Source: Candidatus Bathyarchaeota archaeon
Lineage (GTDB): Archaea > Thermoproteota > Bathyarchaeia > Bathyarchaeales > Bathycorpusculaceae
Direction: 5' to 3'
NCBI GenBank assembly: GCA_963717465.1
Contig: OY970340.1
Location: 1,664,001-1,728,000 of the forward strand
Length of the DNA stretch: 64,000 bases
Positions 1-9,596 of this stretch are shown here, piece by piece; positions within the stretch are counted from its first letter, which is position 1; the number at the start of each line of letters is the position of its first letter. Both the position numbers and the translations under genes were made by a program. The notes under the pieces were generated by a model. That model ran no database searches and was not told the DNA's origin. It saw only the letters and a program-made list of their open reading frames with translations.

Positions 1-1078
1 GCAGCCCTAAAGAAAGCAATCGGAAACCGCGTTTGGCAAGTAGTCAGAGCACCCTCAATGGTTGGTCGTGTCTGCGACGGTGGAACAATTTCCAGATGGT
101 CAGCAATGCAAATTTGCATGGCTATGATATGCTCATACAAACTAATGGCAGGAGAAGCAGCCACTGGAGAATTCGCCTATGCATCAAAACACGCCGAATT
201 AATTGAAATGGGTACAATGACACCTTGGAGAAGACAAAGAGGTCCAAACGAGCCTGGTGGTATTACATTTGGTTATCTAGCTGATATGATCCAATACGAC
301 AGAGTTCACCCAGATGACCCAGTAAGACAATCCCTTGAAACAATCGCTGCAGGCGCAATGCTATTCGACCAAATATACTTCGGCAGCTACATGTCAGGTG
401 GTGTAGGATTCACTCAATATGCAACAGCAACCTACACAGACAACATTCTTGACGATATGTGCTATAACATTGCTGATTACGTTAAGAAGAAATATGGCGG
501 ATTTACAAAGGCAAAAGTTTCCATGGACACTATACTCGACGTTGCAACAGAAGCTACAGAATATGGTCTTGACCAATATGACATGTACCCAACTCTAGCG
601 GAAACTCACTTCGGAGGCTCACAAAGAACCTCAGTAGTATCTGCCTCAGCAGGAGTAGGTGTCGCTCTCGCTACTGGACGTGCTCAAGCAGGAGTAAACG
701 GATGGTACCTATCTCAAATACTGCACAAAGAAATAGCCGGCAGACTCTGGATTCTACGGTTACGATGCACAAGACCAAATGGGAGCAGCAAACAGCTTTG
801 CCTTCCGAGGCGACGAAGGATTGCCAATGGAACTACGAGGACCTAACTATCCAAACTACGCAATGAACGTTGGCCACACCGGTGAATACGCAGGAATAGT
901 CGCAGCAGCGCATTCAGCTCGAGGAGACGCCTGGTGTTGCAACCCAATAATCAAAGTCGCATTCGCAGACCCAAGCCTCAAATTCGACTTCGTAAACGTC
1001 AGAGCATGCTTCGCAAAAGGCGCCACAAGAGAATTCATGCCTGCTGCAGAACGTACAGCAGTCATACCTCCAAAGTAA
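1..1078 (+). CDS. mcrA: Methyl/alkyl-coenzyme M reductase alpha subunit, C-terminal part (5' truncated by window; +1 frameshift at ~748)
   Basis: Motifs [69 protein letters not shown]. Removing T748 joins ORFs 58-846 and 779-1078 into [19 protein letters not shown]. Confidence 0.97.
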
Positions 1079-1079
1079 A

Positions 1080-1107
1080 TTCTCTCTTTCCTTTTTCATT
1101 TTTTTTA
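1080..1107 (+). terminator. Oligo-T archaeal terminator after mcrA (probable end of mcr operon)
   Basis: Pyrimidine/T-rich run ttctctctttcctttttcattttttttt directly after the stop codon. Confidence 0.55.
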
Positions 1108-1192
1108 AGTAATTTGTTTGCCTTTTATTTCCAAAAAATTAATATCATAAAAAATTACAGACTACTTCAAAGGGAAAAATTTAGCAGTTTTA

Positions 1193-1597
1193 ATGAATAA
1201 TTACGGGGAGTATGAAGTCATGGTAACGTTAAAAGTCGATCCTGGCGCTTGCAGATTCAACGCAGTCATCAATGTTAAGAAAGTGCTGGACGGAGAAGTT
1301 GAGCAAAAGAAAGCATCCGGCGCAGACATATTGAGGACGCTTGGTGGAGAAGTTGAAATAAGCATCATAAGTCAATGCCCAAATATTACGAAGCTAAAAC
1401 AAGCAATAGGTAAGGTTAAAATTTCTGAGGCAATTACATTGCCAAGTAGAAACATTATAATAAAAAAGGCTAATGAAACGTTGCCACACTCGGCATGTCC
1501 ACTTCCCTGTGCAATAATTAAAGCTGTTGAAGCAGAAATAGGCTTTGCAACCAAAAAAGATGTGGAGATATCCTTTGAAAAGTCTGAAAACATTTAA
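1193..1597 (+). CDS. Small Cys-motif protein (DUF6951-like)
   Basis: VDPGAC..F, ISQCPNI, HSACPLPCAIIKAVE..G...KDV.I.F pattern; start may be ATG 1220. Confidence 0.65.
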   Translation: MNNYGEYEVMVTLKVDPGACRFNAVINVKKVLDGEVEQKKASGADILRTLGGEVEISIISQCPNITKLKQAIGKVKISEAITLPSRNIIIKKANETLPHSACPLPCAIIKAVEAEIGFATKKDVEISFEKSENI

Positions 1598-1938
1598 TCA
1601 GTTTTTTTGGTTAGCGTGTATTAATAGAAATGAGTTGGCTTAATTTATCCGGAGAGACTTTTGGGCAATTATTTTGATTAAAGAACCAAGAATCTCTTTT
1701 TTCTTGGCGAAGTTTATGTTACCAAGTGCTGGAAGGTTTTTCTAGCCTTTTTCTTTTCTTACTTAGTCATTCTGCTTACTTGCAAATTATTTGCCTCTTC
1801 CTGCCGGTCCTCACACTTGTTCTCTTTATGAGCGTTAAAAGTTTGACGTGAAGGGATTTTAGCAACAAGGCCTTATAGATAAGTTAGCTACATTCCCCTA
1901 TAATCCCGTATACTATCTTTATGAGGAGGTGAATTATC

Positions 1939-2460
1939 TTGAATGATATAGAAGAAAAGGCTGCTGGGCTCCAAAAATTTGTGAAATTGTTTGAGACAAA
2001 ACCTGAAGCTGGCTTATTAAAGCCAAAGATTAAAGCAACTAACAAGGATGGTGTAGTGACCCTTAAAGCGGGTAACAGTAGTTGGGAAGAAGATTTTCCT
2101 CCCTCACTCGGAGGGCGTGATACAACAATCGGACCAATCCCTCATTTGCTCGGGTCACTGGCTGGTTGCGCTGCAGGTTTAATCAAGAATACACTTGCCC
2201 CACAAACAAATACATCAATTGACTCAGTTGATGCAGATGTCCAATGCGAATTTGATTTAAAAGGAATTCTCGGCATGGAAGGTGCTAAAGCAGACATTGG
2301 AAACGTTTCACTCACAGTTACAGTTTACTCAAATGACAGTCAAGATAAAATTGAGAAGTTACTTGAAGAATGGAAAAAGCGTTGCCCAGTATATCTATGT
2401 TTTACAAAACCAATTCAGGTCTCCACTAACCTAATAGTGAAAAAATCGGAAAGCAAGTAG
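1939..2460 (+). CDS. OsmC/Ohr family thiol-dependent protein
   Basis: GG..T.GP..HLLGSLAGC and RCPV Cys motifs; RBS ggaggtga upstream. Confidence 0.8.
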   Translation: MNDIEEKAAGLQKFVKLFETKPEAGLLKPKIKATNKDGVVTLKAGNSSWEEDFPPSLGGRDTTIGPIPHLLGSLAGCAAGLIKNTLAPQTNTSIDSVDADVQCEFDLKGILGMEGAKADIGNVSLTVTVYSNDSQDKIEKLLEEWKKRCPVYLCFTKPIQVSTNLIVKKSESK

Positions 2461-2744
2461 TCCTTTCGCTCTATGGGCAAGTGAATTAATTCTGATTAAC
2501 TCTTTTTTCAATTTATCGTTCAATGGGTGCTTATGATTTATGCTTCTTCTGGGCACTGATTACTTCTAGAGCCTATTGACAACTGACGGAGGTCGGAATT
2601 CATTCCCATAGCAGTTATCTTCATTTTTTTGCTGCACGCCGGAGCTTCCGCAGCCTAAACTTGGTTATTTTCTAAACCAAACAGATTAATACTGTTTATG
2701 TTACATCTAAACTTAACAAAATTGATCAATGAGGTGAGAAAACG

Positions 2745-3128
2745 TTTACTAAAATTGTAATACCAGTTGATGATCAAAACGGTCTAGAATCACGTTTGGC
2801 TGAACATTTCGGAGAAGCACCTTACTACGCAATTATTGAATTGGATGAAAATAGCAAAATAACCAATTTCCAAACCGAACCAAATAAGAGCGTCCATGTA
2901 GGCGGAACTGGATATCCACATGAGCACCTGTTACTTCTGAAACCCAACGTTTTTGTCGTCCGCGGTATGGGACCAGGATGCCTAGCAAGTATTCGAAGCT
3001 ACGGAATCAATGTGCTAAAAGCTGATGGGAGTACCGTTAAGGAAATAGTTGATTTCTATATTGGCGGAAATTTAATGCAACTTATCGGCGGCTGCAATCA
3101 TGCACATAATCACTCCAACAACTGCTAA
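2745..3128 (+). CDS. NifB/NifX-family FeMo-cofactor-binding-domain protein
   Basis: Reading frame extends upstream of the called ORF: TKIVIPVDDQNGLESRLAEHFGEAPYY, GMGPG; His-rich tail; true start codon unclear. Confidence 0.8.
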   Translation, partial: FTKIVIPVDDQNGLESRLAEHFGEAPYYAIIELDENSKITNFQTEPNKSVHVGGTGYPHEHLLLLKPNVFVVRGMGPGCLASIRSYGINVLKADGSTVKEIVDFYIGGNLMQLIGGCNHAHNHSNNC

Positions 3129-3269
3129 AAATGTGTAGCGCCAAAGAAGTCATGGGGCAAAATATTGCTTAAATTCTGATTTATTTTCTAAACTTTATAC
3201 CGAATTTTTATTCCAAAAGCCATAAATATGTTTATTTAATAATCAGGCAGACGAGAAAGTGTTTGTAAA

Positions 3270-4298
3270 ATGTCAAGTAGACTCAGCGATAAAGAAATTC
3301 AAATTATCCTAAATAAATCACTATCAAATAAACTCATCACAAAAGAAGAAGCAACAGCCCTTATGAAAGTTCCAATATTCTCAAAAGAAATGTATGACCT
3401 ATGCTATGTGGCAAACAAATTGTCGCGTGATCAATTCAAAAACAAAGGTGAAGTACATGCTCAAGTAGGCTTGGATTTCTCACCGTGCGCCAACGACTGT
3501 AAATTCTGCGTTTTTGGCAGTTTGGACCAGAAAGCAATTAGATTAAGTCCTCAGGAAGTTGTAGAAAGAGCCAAAGCCTTTCAAGATGCAGGAGCAAACG
3601 CAATTTACCTGATGACGACAGGTAGCTATGACTTCAAAGAATTCATTAGTATTGGCAAGAAAGTAAAAGCAGCTTTATTACCTACTATGCCTTTAGTTGC
3701 GAACATTTATGATTTTGGAGCAGAACAAGCTGAAGACTTAGCAAAAGCAGGTTTTACGGCAATATACCATGCCATTAGACTCCGAGAAGGAAAAGACACA
3801 AAAATTGACCCTAAAAAAAGAATACAAACAATAAAAAACGCTCAGAAAGCAGGATTAGACAGTTTATTCTGCATTGAACCTATTGGACCGGAACATGCAG
3901 TAGATGAAATAGTTGATCTCATGTTTTTAGGAAAAGAACTTAGAGTAACATTCAGTGGAGCAATGAAAAGAGTCTGTGCACCAGGCACACCACTCCATAA
4001 AAACGGTGAAATCTCCTATTGGGAACTTGCCAAAACGGTCGCTGTATCAAGGCTCGTTATGGGCAAATCTGCTTTAGGTCACTGCACCCACGAGCCAAAT
4101 ATGCCCTCATTGCTTGCGGGGGCAAATTTGATTTGGGCTGAGACAGGACCAAACCCAAGAGATGCTGAAAAAGAGACATCAAAATCCCGTGGGCTTGCTG
4201 TTTTGAATTGTCGCAAAATTTTGTGGGAATCAGGTTTCGAGCAGCTTGAGGGTCCATCGCCTTCTGCATTGGGTTCTCTACGCAAGCAGCAGGTTTAA
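3270..4298 (+). CDS. Biotin-synthase-like radical SAM protein
   Basis: CANDCKFC (CxxxCxxC); BioB/PylB-like N-terminal helices; C-terminal AGANLIWAE. Confidence 0.75.
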   Translation: MSSRLSDKEIQIILNKSLSNKLITKEEATALMKVPIFSKEMYDLCYVANKLSRDQFKNKGEVHAQVGLDFSPCANDCKFCVFGSLDQKAIRLSPQEVVERAKAFQDAGANAIYLMTTGSYDFKEFISIGKKVKAALLPTMPLVANIYDFGAEQAEDLAKAGFTAIYHAIRLREGKDTKIDPKKRIQTIKNAQKAGLDSLFCIEPIGPEHAVDEIVDLMFLGKELRVTFSGAMKRVCAPGTPLHKNGEISYWELAKTVAVSRLVMGKSALGHCTHEPNMPSLLAGANLIWAETGPNPRDAEKETSKSRGLAVLNCRKILWESGFEQLEGPSPSALGSLRKQQV

Positions 4299-4328
4299 CC
4301 ATTTTCTTTCTTCTTGAGGCTTTGAGAA

Positions 4329-5228
4329 TTGAATCAGCCGTTAAAAGGTTTCTTGCCATGGACTTGCGTAATCGTTGCTTCGGTTGCAACCATTTTTATA
4401 GGTAACTATTTTGGCGTGGATCCTGTCACTTTATCAGTCTATACGTTATTTGCGTGTTGGTTCTCTTTTATTATTTCCTATTCTGACAAATGGCCACTGA
4501 GAAAATATTCACAGCCCCTTCAAGGAGCACTATTTCTTGTCGCGTGTATCATTTACGCGTTTGTTCAACCCTATGTCCAAGTGAACATTCTCAATTATGG
4601 AACAGAGAATTATTGGCCGATAATTGCAAACCTTTTCTTTGCATTAGGCTTATCTGCCGCATTTGATAACAGACTTGTTAAAGGGTTAAAACAGCCCAAA
4701 GCGGTGATTCTCAACGCCTTTTTCTGGTACCTCATAACAATCGTGTTACTATTAACAATCGGATATGTTCCATCAATTTGGTTTGCATTTTTCGTGTTGT
4801 ACTTTTTCTGGTTTGACAGATACCCAATTGGAACTATGAAACAGCCATTCAAAGGAATTTTGTCATTTGTAGTGATGGGTGCGTCATCTTTGGTTTTAGA
4901 GTTTGCTTTTAGGCTTGCTGGCACAAGCTTTGTTGGAGGGAACTTGGTTGGTCCAGTTTGGTTTGCTCATTGGGTTTTTTGGCTGGTGGCAACCTCGTGG
5001 GTTTTTAAAAATTATCCTTTTGAGAAACTTCGGCAACCCTTAAAAGGGATAGTTGGAACAGCAATGACTGTCGCTTTAGCCTTATGTTCATTTTACATAA
5101 CTAATAATTTAGCAGGCCTGCCCCTGGCAGAGAATTTGGGATACGCGTGGGTGTTTGTAAGCTGGGTATACATTTGGCCCATCGTCTTTGGATCGTGGCC
5201 AGCTCGTGATAAAGAGATAAAAAATTGA
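4329..5228 (+). CDS. Polytopic membrane protein with internal (W/Y)P-x4-QPxxG repeats, putative transporter
   Basis: About 10 hydrophobic segments; repeated QPLKG/QPLQG/QPKA/QPFKG. Confidence 0.6.
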   Translation: MNQPLKGFLPWTCVIVASVATIFIGNYFGVDPVTLSVYTLFACWFSFIISYSDKWPLRKYSQPLQGALFLVACIIYAFVQPYVQVNILNYGTENYWPIIANLFFALGLSAAFDNRLVKGLKQPKAVILNAFFWYLITIVLLLTIGYVPSIWFAFFVLYFFWFDRYPIGTMKQPFKGILSFVVMGASSLVLEFAFRLAGTSFVGGNLVGPVWFAHWVFWLVATSWVFKNYPFEKLRQPLKGIVGTAMTVALALCSFYITNNLAGLPLAENLGYAWVFVSWVYIWPIVFGSWPARDKEIKN

Positions 5229-5251
5229 AGCGCGCTTTTAATAATTTAGCT

Positions 5252-5273
5252 ACTGAAATTTATTCAGTTTTTT
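5252..5273 (+). terminator. Hairpin plus T tract between convergent genes
   Basis: ACTGAA-N5-TTCAGT followed by a T run. Confidence 0.35.
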
Positions 5274-5409
5274 ATTGAAAGTTCAATGTTCACTGAAATT
5301 TTTTCGCTGTAGATATGTAGCACTGGGCAATTTGCTATTGTTCTTCGCTCGGTGATGTCGATTTCCAACTAATTTTAATTGTCTAATTAGTAATTTTTAA
5401 CGTTAATTG

Positions 5410-5931
5410 TCATTCTCTTGAAGCAATATTTTCTATTATCCTTTTATTTTCTTCGGCAGACATTTTCTGGATCTTCTTATACATTAATTCCATGACATTG
5501 CCTCCTGCGTATTCCAGCACTCTGCCAAGTGTGTATCGTCCGCCATTTTTTGCAAAAACTTCTTCTACCAATGCTTGATTTTGAGTAATTTTTTCTACAA
5601 ATTCCTTATAAAAGTTATTAGCCAATTTTTTAAGTCCAGGTTCCAGTTCTTTTATGTCAACGTCTCGAAGGATTGGCGTAACTGCTGAATAGTATTTTTG
5701 GCCCTGCTTATCTGTTGCCAACACCACAACTAAGCCAGAGTCGACTAGTTGTTTTAAGCATCCCTGAACCACTTCCGGTGGAAGATCCAGATACTCTGCA
5801 ACAACCCTGCTGGGTAAAGCTGCCCGAGACAACATTTCCAAAATATTCCTTTTTACGCCGTCAATCATTGTTACACTAAATTCGAGAAGATCCTTAAAGT
5901 TTTTATAAACTATAACTGGCATAAGTCTCAA
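5410..5931 (-). CDS. Winged-helix DNA-binding protein
   Basis: KRNILEML..AALPSRVVAEYLDL....VQGCLKQLVDSGLV; start may be ATG 5868. Confidence 0.6.
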   Translation of the reverse strand: MRLMPVIVYKNFKDLLEFSVTMIDGVKRNILEMLSRAALPSRVVAEYLDLPPEVVQGCLKQLVDSGLVVVLATDKQGQKYYSAVTPILRDVDIKELEPGLKKLANNFYKEFVEKITQNQALVEEVFAKNGGRYTLGRVLEYAGGNVMELMYKKIQKMSAEENKRIIENIASRE

Positions 5932-6240
5932 ACCATTTTTAATAAAACATTACACCTTTAAACGACCTCAGCTCTTATAAAAGTTTAACCTACTAATGTT
6001 TCTTAAAAATATCTTGGACTCAACTTCAAAATAAATCTGTTTTCAGGTTGTTTTTCTGAAATTTCTGTTTCTTCAGCGGGTTTTAGCGGATTTTTTATTA
6101 AAATACCCAATGATTGTAGACATGGGAATTTTGAACTGACGAAGGGAAGCTACATCTATGTTTTAAAACGCTTGTTGTGATTCAAATCGCACATTAAAAG
6201 GCTCACTAAAATCGAATTTCGGTAATAGACATTAATGCGA

Positions 6241-7143
6241 TTACGTTAGAGGCTTTGGCGATCTTTCAACCGTTAGTGTAGGTAGCTTTGCTTTCAATAT
6301 CACTAACGGTTCCTTAAGTGCTTCTGCTCTTGCCAACAAAATGCCCTTACCAGTTTCTGTAATAGCGAACACGGGTATTGCCATGCCTTCTTGAAGTAAA
6401 GCTTTAGGTCCAACAATCTCACGAACAGTCTTCGATGCGCAACCCCACACTATATCCGCATGGTTAGCTAAGATTTCAGCGTCTTGCAGGCTTATCCCAG
6501 TGTTATGAACCGCAAAAATAACCACGTTGACTCCCTTTTCTTTCTCAATCTTTCTAATCTTTATAACTTCTTGTGCTTCTCGTCCAGTCACCGTTACTGC
6601 AATCTTCTTATAGCCCGAATCAGCAGCTTTACAAACACCTTTTGCCTGATTTATCGTTGCATCTAATGGATTTAAAACTGAAGCACCTTTCGCCTCCAGT
6701 TTCTCTATGACCTTGGGAACAGGAGAGGTCTTTTCGATTCCAGTTAGTCTCGCTCCAATTCCTTGGACAAGATAAGGATTATTCGTCACCACAGTACCGG
6801 CTCCATCACACGCGATAACGGCTGAATCGAGAATTCCTCTCATCATCACTGTCATGATCATTTCTGACGCTCCAAAGAGCACAAAATCTTCATGATCCAA
6901 AGCTCTTCGCTCGGTGTATGTTCCAAATTTCCTGATGTTTTGCTCAACCATTGATCTTATAGTATCCTTAGTGAGAAACTTAATTCCATAAGCGCGGTCA
7001 TAAAGTGGACAATAATTTGTCGTGAGATCTTCAATTTCTTTTACAATACCGTCCTCTATTACAACACGAGCTCCGGCAAATCGAATGACGTGCCTGTCTT
7101 TCGTCCCGTATGCACTTTTACGTTGATTTTTTTTGCCAGTCAT
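6241..7143 (-). CDS. mmp8: Methanogenesis marker protein 8 (DUF2099)
   Basis: RVVIEDG, YCPL, FGASE, AVIACDGAGTV, LVQGIG, HNTGI, CASK. Confidence 0.88.
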   Translation of the reverse strand: MTGKKNQRKSAYGTKDRHVIRFAGARVVIEDGIVKEIEDLTTNYCPLYDRAYGIKFLTKDTIRSMVEQNIRKFGTYTERRALDHEDFVLFGASEMIMTVMMRGILDSAVIACDGAGTVVTNNPYLVQGIGARLTGIEKTSPVPKVIEKLEAKGASVLNPLDATINQAKGVCKAADSGYKKIAVTVTGREAQEVIKIRKIEKEKGVNVVIFAVHNTGISLQDAEILANHADIVWGCASKTVREIVGPKALLQEGMAIPVFAITETGKGILLARAEALKEPLVILKAKLPTLTVERSPKPLT

Positions 7144-7205
7144 AAAGTGTCCCTTAACTAATTGCGAACCTATAATTTTTAATGCAATTTAAATTACATT
7201 TAATG

Positions 7206-8126
7206 TTAGATTGTGATTGCAACAACTGATTCTGGTAGGATCTTTACTATTGTGTGTCCTTTTATTTCTGATGCTTTGACTTTAGCGACGTCTCTTATCT
7301 TAACTTTCTCTGCAAGATTTACGTTTAGAATTTTTTCTTGGTACTTGTTGAAGGGAAGTTTTACTCTTAACCCGTCAAGTTTGACTACTATTGGAGCTGG
7401 TGAAACAACTTGCTTTATAGCTGGAACTTGCTGTTCTATCATTTTCTTAACAAAAAATGGTTGAATTGCAGGGGGATCGTTGTCTATATCTTCTCTTCTC
7501 TTATCAATACAACGTGTTACCGCGTTTGCAATGCGTTCAAGTACTTTGATTTCTTCCTCTTTTTGAAACCGACGGCATATCCTTTCTACCCCACTAACGT
7601 ACTCACCCACATACGGCATTTTCTCTTCAATCTGTGGAGCGCCAGTGACGATTATTGGAATCGTTATATCTGAAATCAGCTTTGCTTTTTCCGTAATGCA
7701 TTTGCTAAAACATCCAAGAGCAAGCACAGCAGCATCATGCTCCTCAAGCAATCTTTTTTCCGACTCACTTATCTGGGCAATCCTGCGGCCAACCCCTCTT
7801 GCTAACCCAATAAAATTGGTTTTTGCACCTTGACGCCTCAAGTATTCAGCTATGTCGCAGAGTGGATGAGGCATATGTTGAGGGGAAAGAGAAGGCGCAA
7901 CGATAGCTATTTCAGTGCCACCTAAAGGCGCGTTTTCTATTTCCCCATGGAGTTCTTGAGCTTTTTCTCGAACTTTGTTCGTGTCTTTCTCTGGTACTGC
8001 AATTAGCATAATTACTCCTGTTTGGGTAATGTTCTTTTGTACCACAAATCCTCCAAGATCCTCTACTAACTCTTCGATTTCATTCTGCCTATACACTCCG
8101 CCGGTGTAGGTTAATGTGATATACAA
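7206..8126 (-). CDS. mmp7: Methanogenesis marker protein 7
   Basis: YTGGVYR, ELVEDLGG, HMPHPLCDIAEYLRR, GLARGVG. Confidence 0.92.
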   Translation of the reverse strand: MYITLTYTGGVYRQNEIEELVEDLGGFVVQKNITQTGVIMLIAVPEKDTNKVREKAQELHGEIENAPLGGTEIAIVAPSLSPQHMPHPLCDIAEYLRRQGAKTNFIGLARGVGRRIAQISESEKRLLEEHDAAVLALGCFSKCITEKAKLISDITIPIIVTGAPQIEEKMPYVGEYVSGVERICRRFQKEEEIKVLERIANAVTRCIDKRREDIDNDPPAIQPFFVKKMIEQQVPAIKQVVSPAPIVVKLDGLRVKLPFNKYQEKILNVNLAEKVKIRDVAKVKASEIKGHTIVKILPESVVAITI

Positions 8127-8990
8127 GTGTCATCCTCTCGGTTGATGCCTCTTTTTTCTAAGCCTGGGATTCCGCATGCATCTGCTCTACACATTTTGCA
8201 TAATCTAAACTGTGGAATATGAGGTTCGCAAAGGTCACGACTCGTCCTTAATTCTTCGCATGTTGGAGAGCGCAAGTCTTTGAAGTTATGAAGCGGCAAA
8301 AGCGGAATTATGTTCATTTTAAACGCTCCAAGTTTGGAGACTACTTTCGCGATTTCTTCAACATGTTTATCGTTTATTCCAGGTATGAGAACAGTGTTTA
8401 CTTTTATGCATAAGCCTTTTTTTGCGGCTAATTTTATTCCTTCAATCTGGTTCTTTGTAATTATCTCTCCAGCACGCAAACCCGTGTATTTCTTTCCTTC
8501 ATACACGATATATTCATAGATTTTTGCTGCGATGGCTGGATCCACGGCGTTGACTGTGACAGTTATGGTTTTTACGCCAGCCTCCACTAGTTCATCCACT
8601 TTCTTTGGCAAGAGTAAACCGTTTGTTGCGATACAATTTATTAGGTTTGGAAACTCTTGATGAACTCTCTTAAGAGTTGTGAATGTTGCTTCATTTGCAA
8701 GAGAATCCCCTGGACCGGCAACTCCGACTACTGTTAGTTGCGGATACTCTTTGACGGTTTTTCTGACTTTTTCTAAAGCTTCATCCGGAGTTAAGATGCG
8801 TGATGCTACGCCTGGTCTATTCTCGCATTTGTTAATGCTTCTTTTGCAGAAATTGCATTGTACATTACATTTGGGTGCAACAGGCAAGTGTAGTCTTGCA
8901 CATTGAGAATGAGCTTTATCATTGAAGCATGGGTGCAGCATCGTTGCATGAGCGAACTTTGAGTATTGTTTCGCGTCACGTGCACTCTTA
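8111..8990 (-). CDS. nifB: NifB-type radical SAM (stand-alone, archaeal form); start approximate
   Basis: HPCF, RLHLPVAPKCNVQCNFC, ENRPG, AGPGDSLAN, C-terminal CKMCRADACG. Confidence 0.9.
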
Positions 8991-9008
8991 AATTTATAAT
9001 TAAATCCT

Positions 9009-9596
9009 TTATCTTTCAAGCGAATCAGCCTTCTTAATAATTTCTTTGGATAATTCGAGCCATGACGGTTTAATCGGGTCTTCAGAGGCAACGATCAAGA
9101 TTTTTGAGTCATGCGTTGTTGAGTATCTAACACGCATTCCTTCAGGAATCATTCTAGTCAACGTGTCTATTATTCTATTAAGTAGCTCCTCTTTTGGGTC
9201 ATCAATAACCATTTCCGATAATTCTTCAACTTTTATCGGCTTTTCAATGACGATTTCATACCTGCTGGGTTGGCTGACTTCTTCTTTCCCGTACTTGTTG
9301 AAAAGGGCTCTTAGCAGTTTTGGCATGTAAGAATCGTCTTCTGCCGTTAGACTAACTCCTTTTTCAAGTTGTCGAATGGTTATAACCTCTGAGGCTTTTA
9401 CTGCTCTGCCTGATACAGCGTAAACTGCATAGATCATGAAGACTGGTTCTTCTGGATTAATGTAAATATACAAGCTCTTGATGGCGCTTTGAATCATGGA
9501 CTCTGCTAAGATTGATTCGATATAAGTTTGGTATGCTCGGCGGCTTGCCTCATCTGGAACTTCTATTGTGAGTTTTTCGGAACCTATTGTTGACAT
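9009..9596 (-). CDS. mmp17: Methanogenesis marker protein 17
   Basis: PEEPVF, Q.SRYEI, RMIPEGMRVR, ASED; operon position between mmp15 and mmp7. Confidence 0.85.
   Translation of the reverse strand: MSTIGSEKLTIEVPDEASRRAYQTYIESILAESMIQSAIKSLYIYINPEEPVFMIYAVYAVSGRAVKASEVITIRQLEKGVSLTAEDDSYMPKLLRALFNKYGKEEVSQPSRYEIVIEKPIKVEELSEMVIDDPKEELLNRIIDTLTRMIPEGMRVRYSTTHDSKILIVASEDPIKPSWLELSKEIIKKADSLER

Noticed and set aside
740..790. Programmed frameshift or split mcrA
   Set aside because: No slippery sequence; same +1 error pattern as many other genes
3270..4298. PylB / pyrrolysine system
   Set aside because: Motif context is not PylB-specific; no pylS/C/D/T or in-frame TAG readthrough seen
8111..8990. 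Nitrogen fixation
   Set aside because: No nifH/D/K/E/N; nifB sits inside the mmp operon
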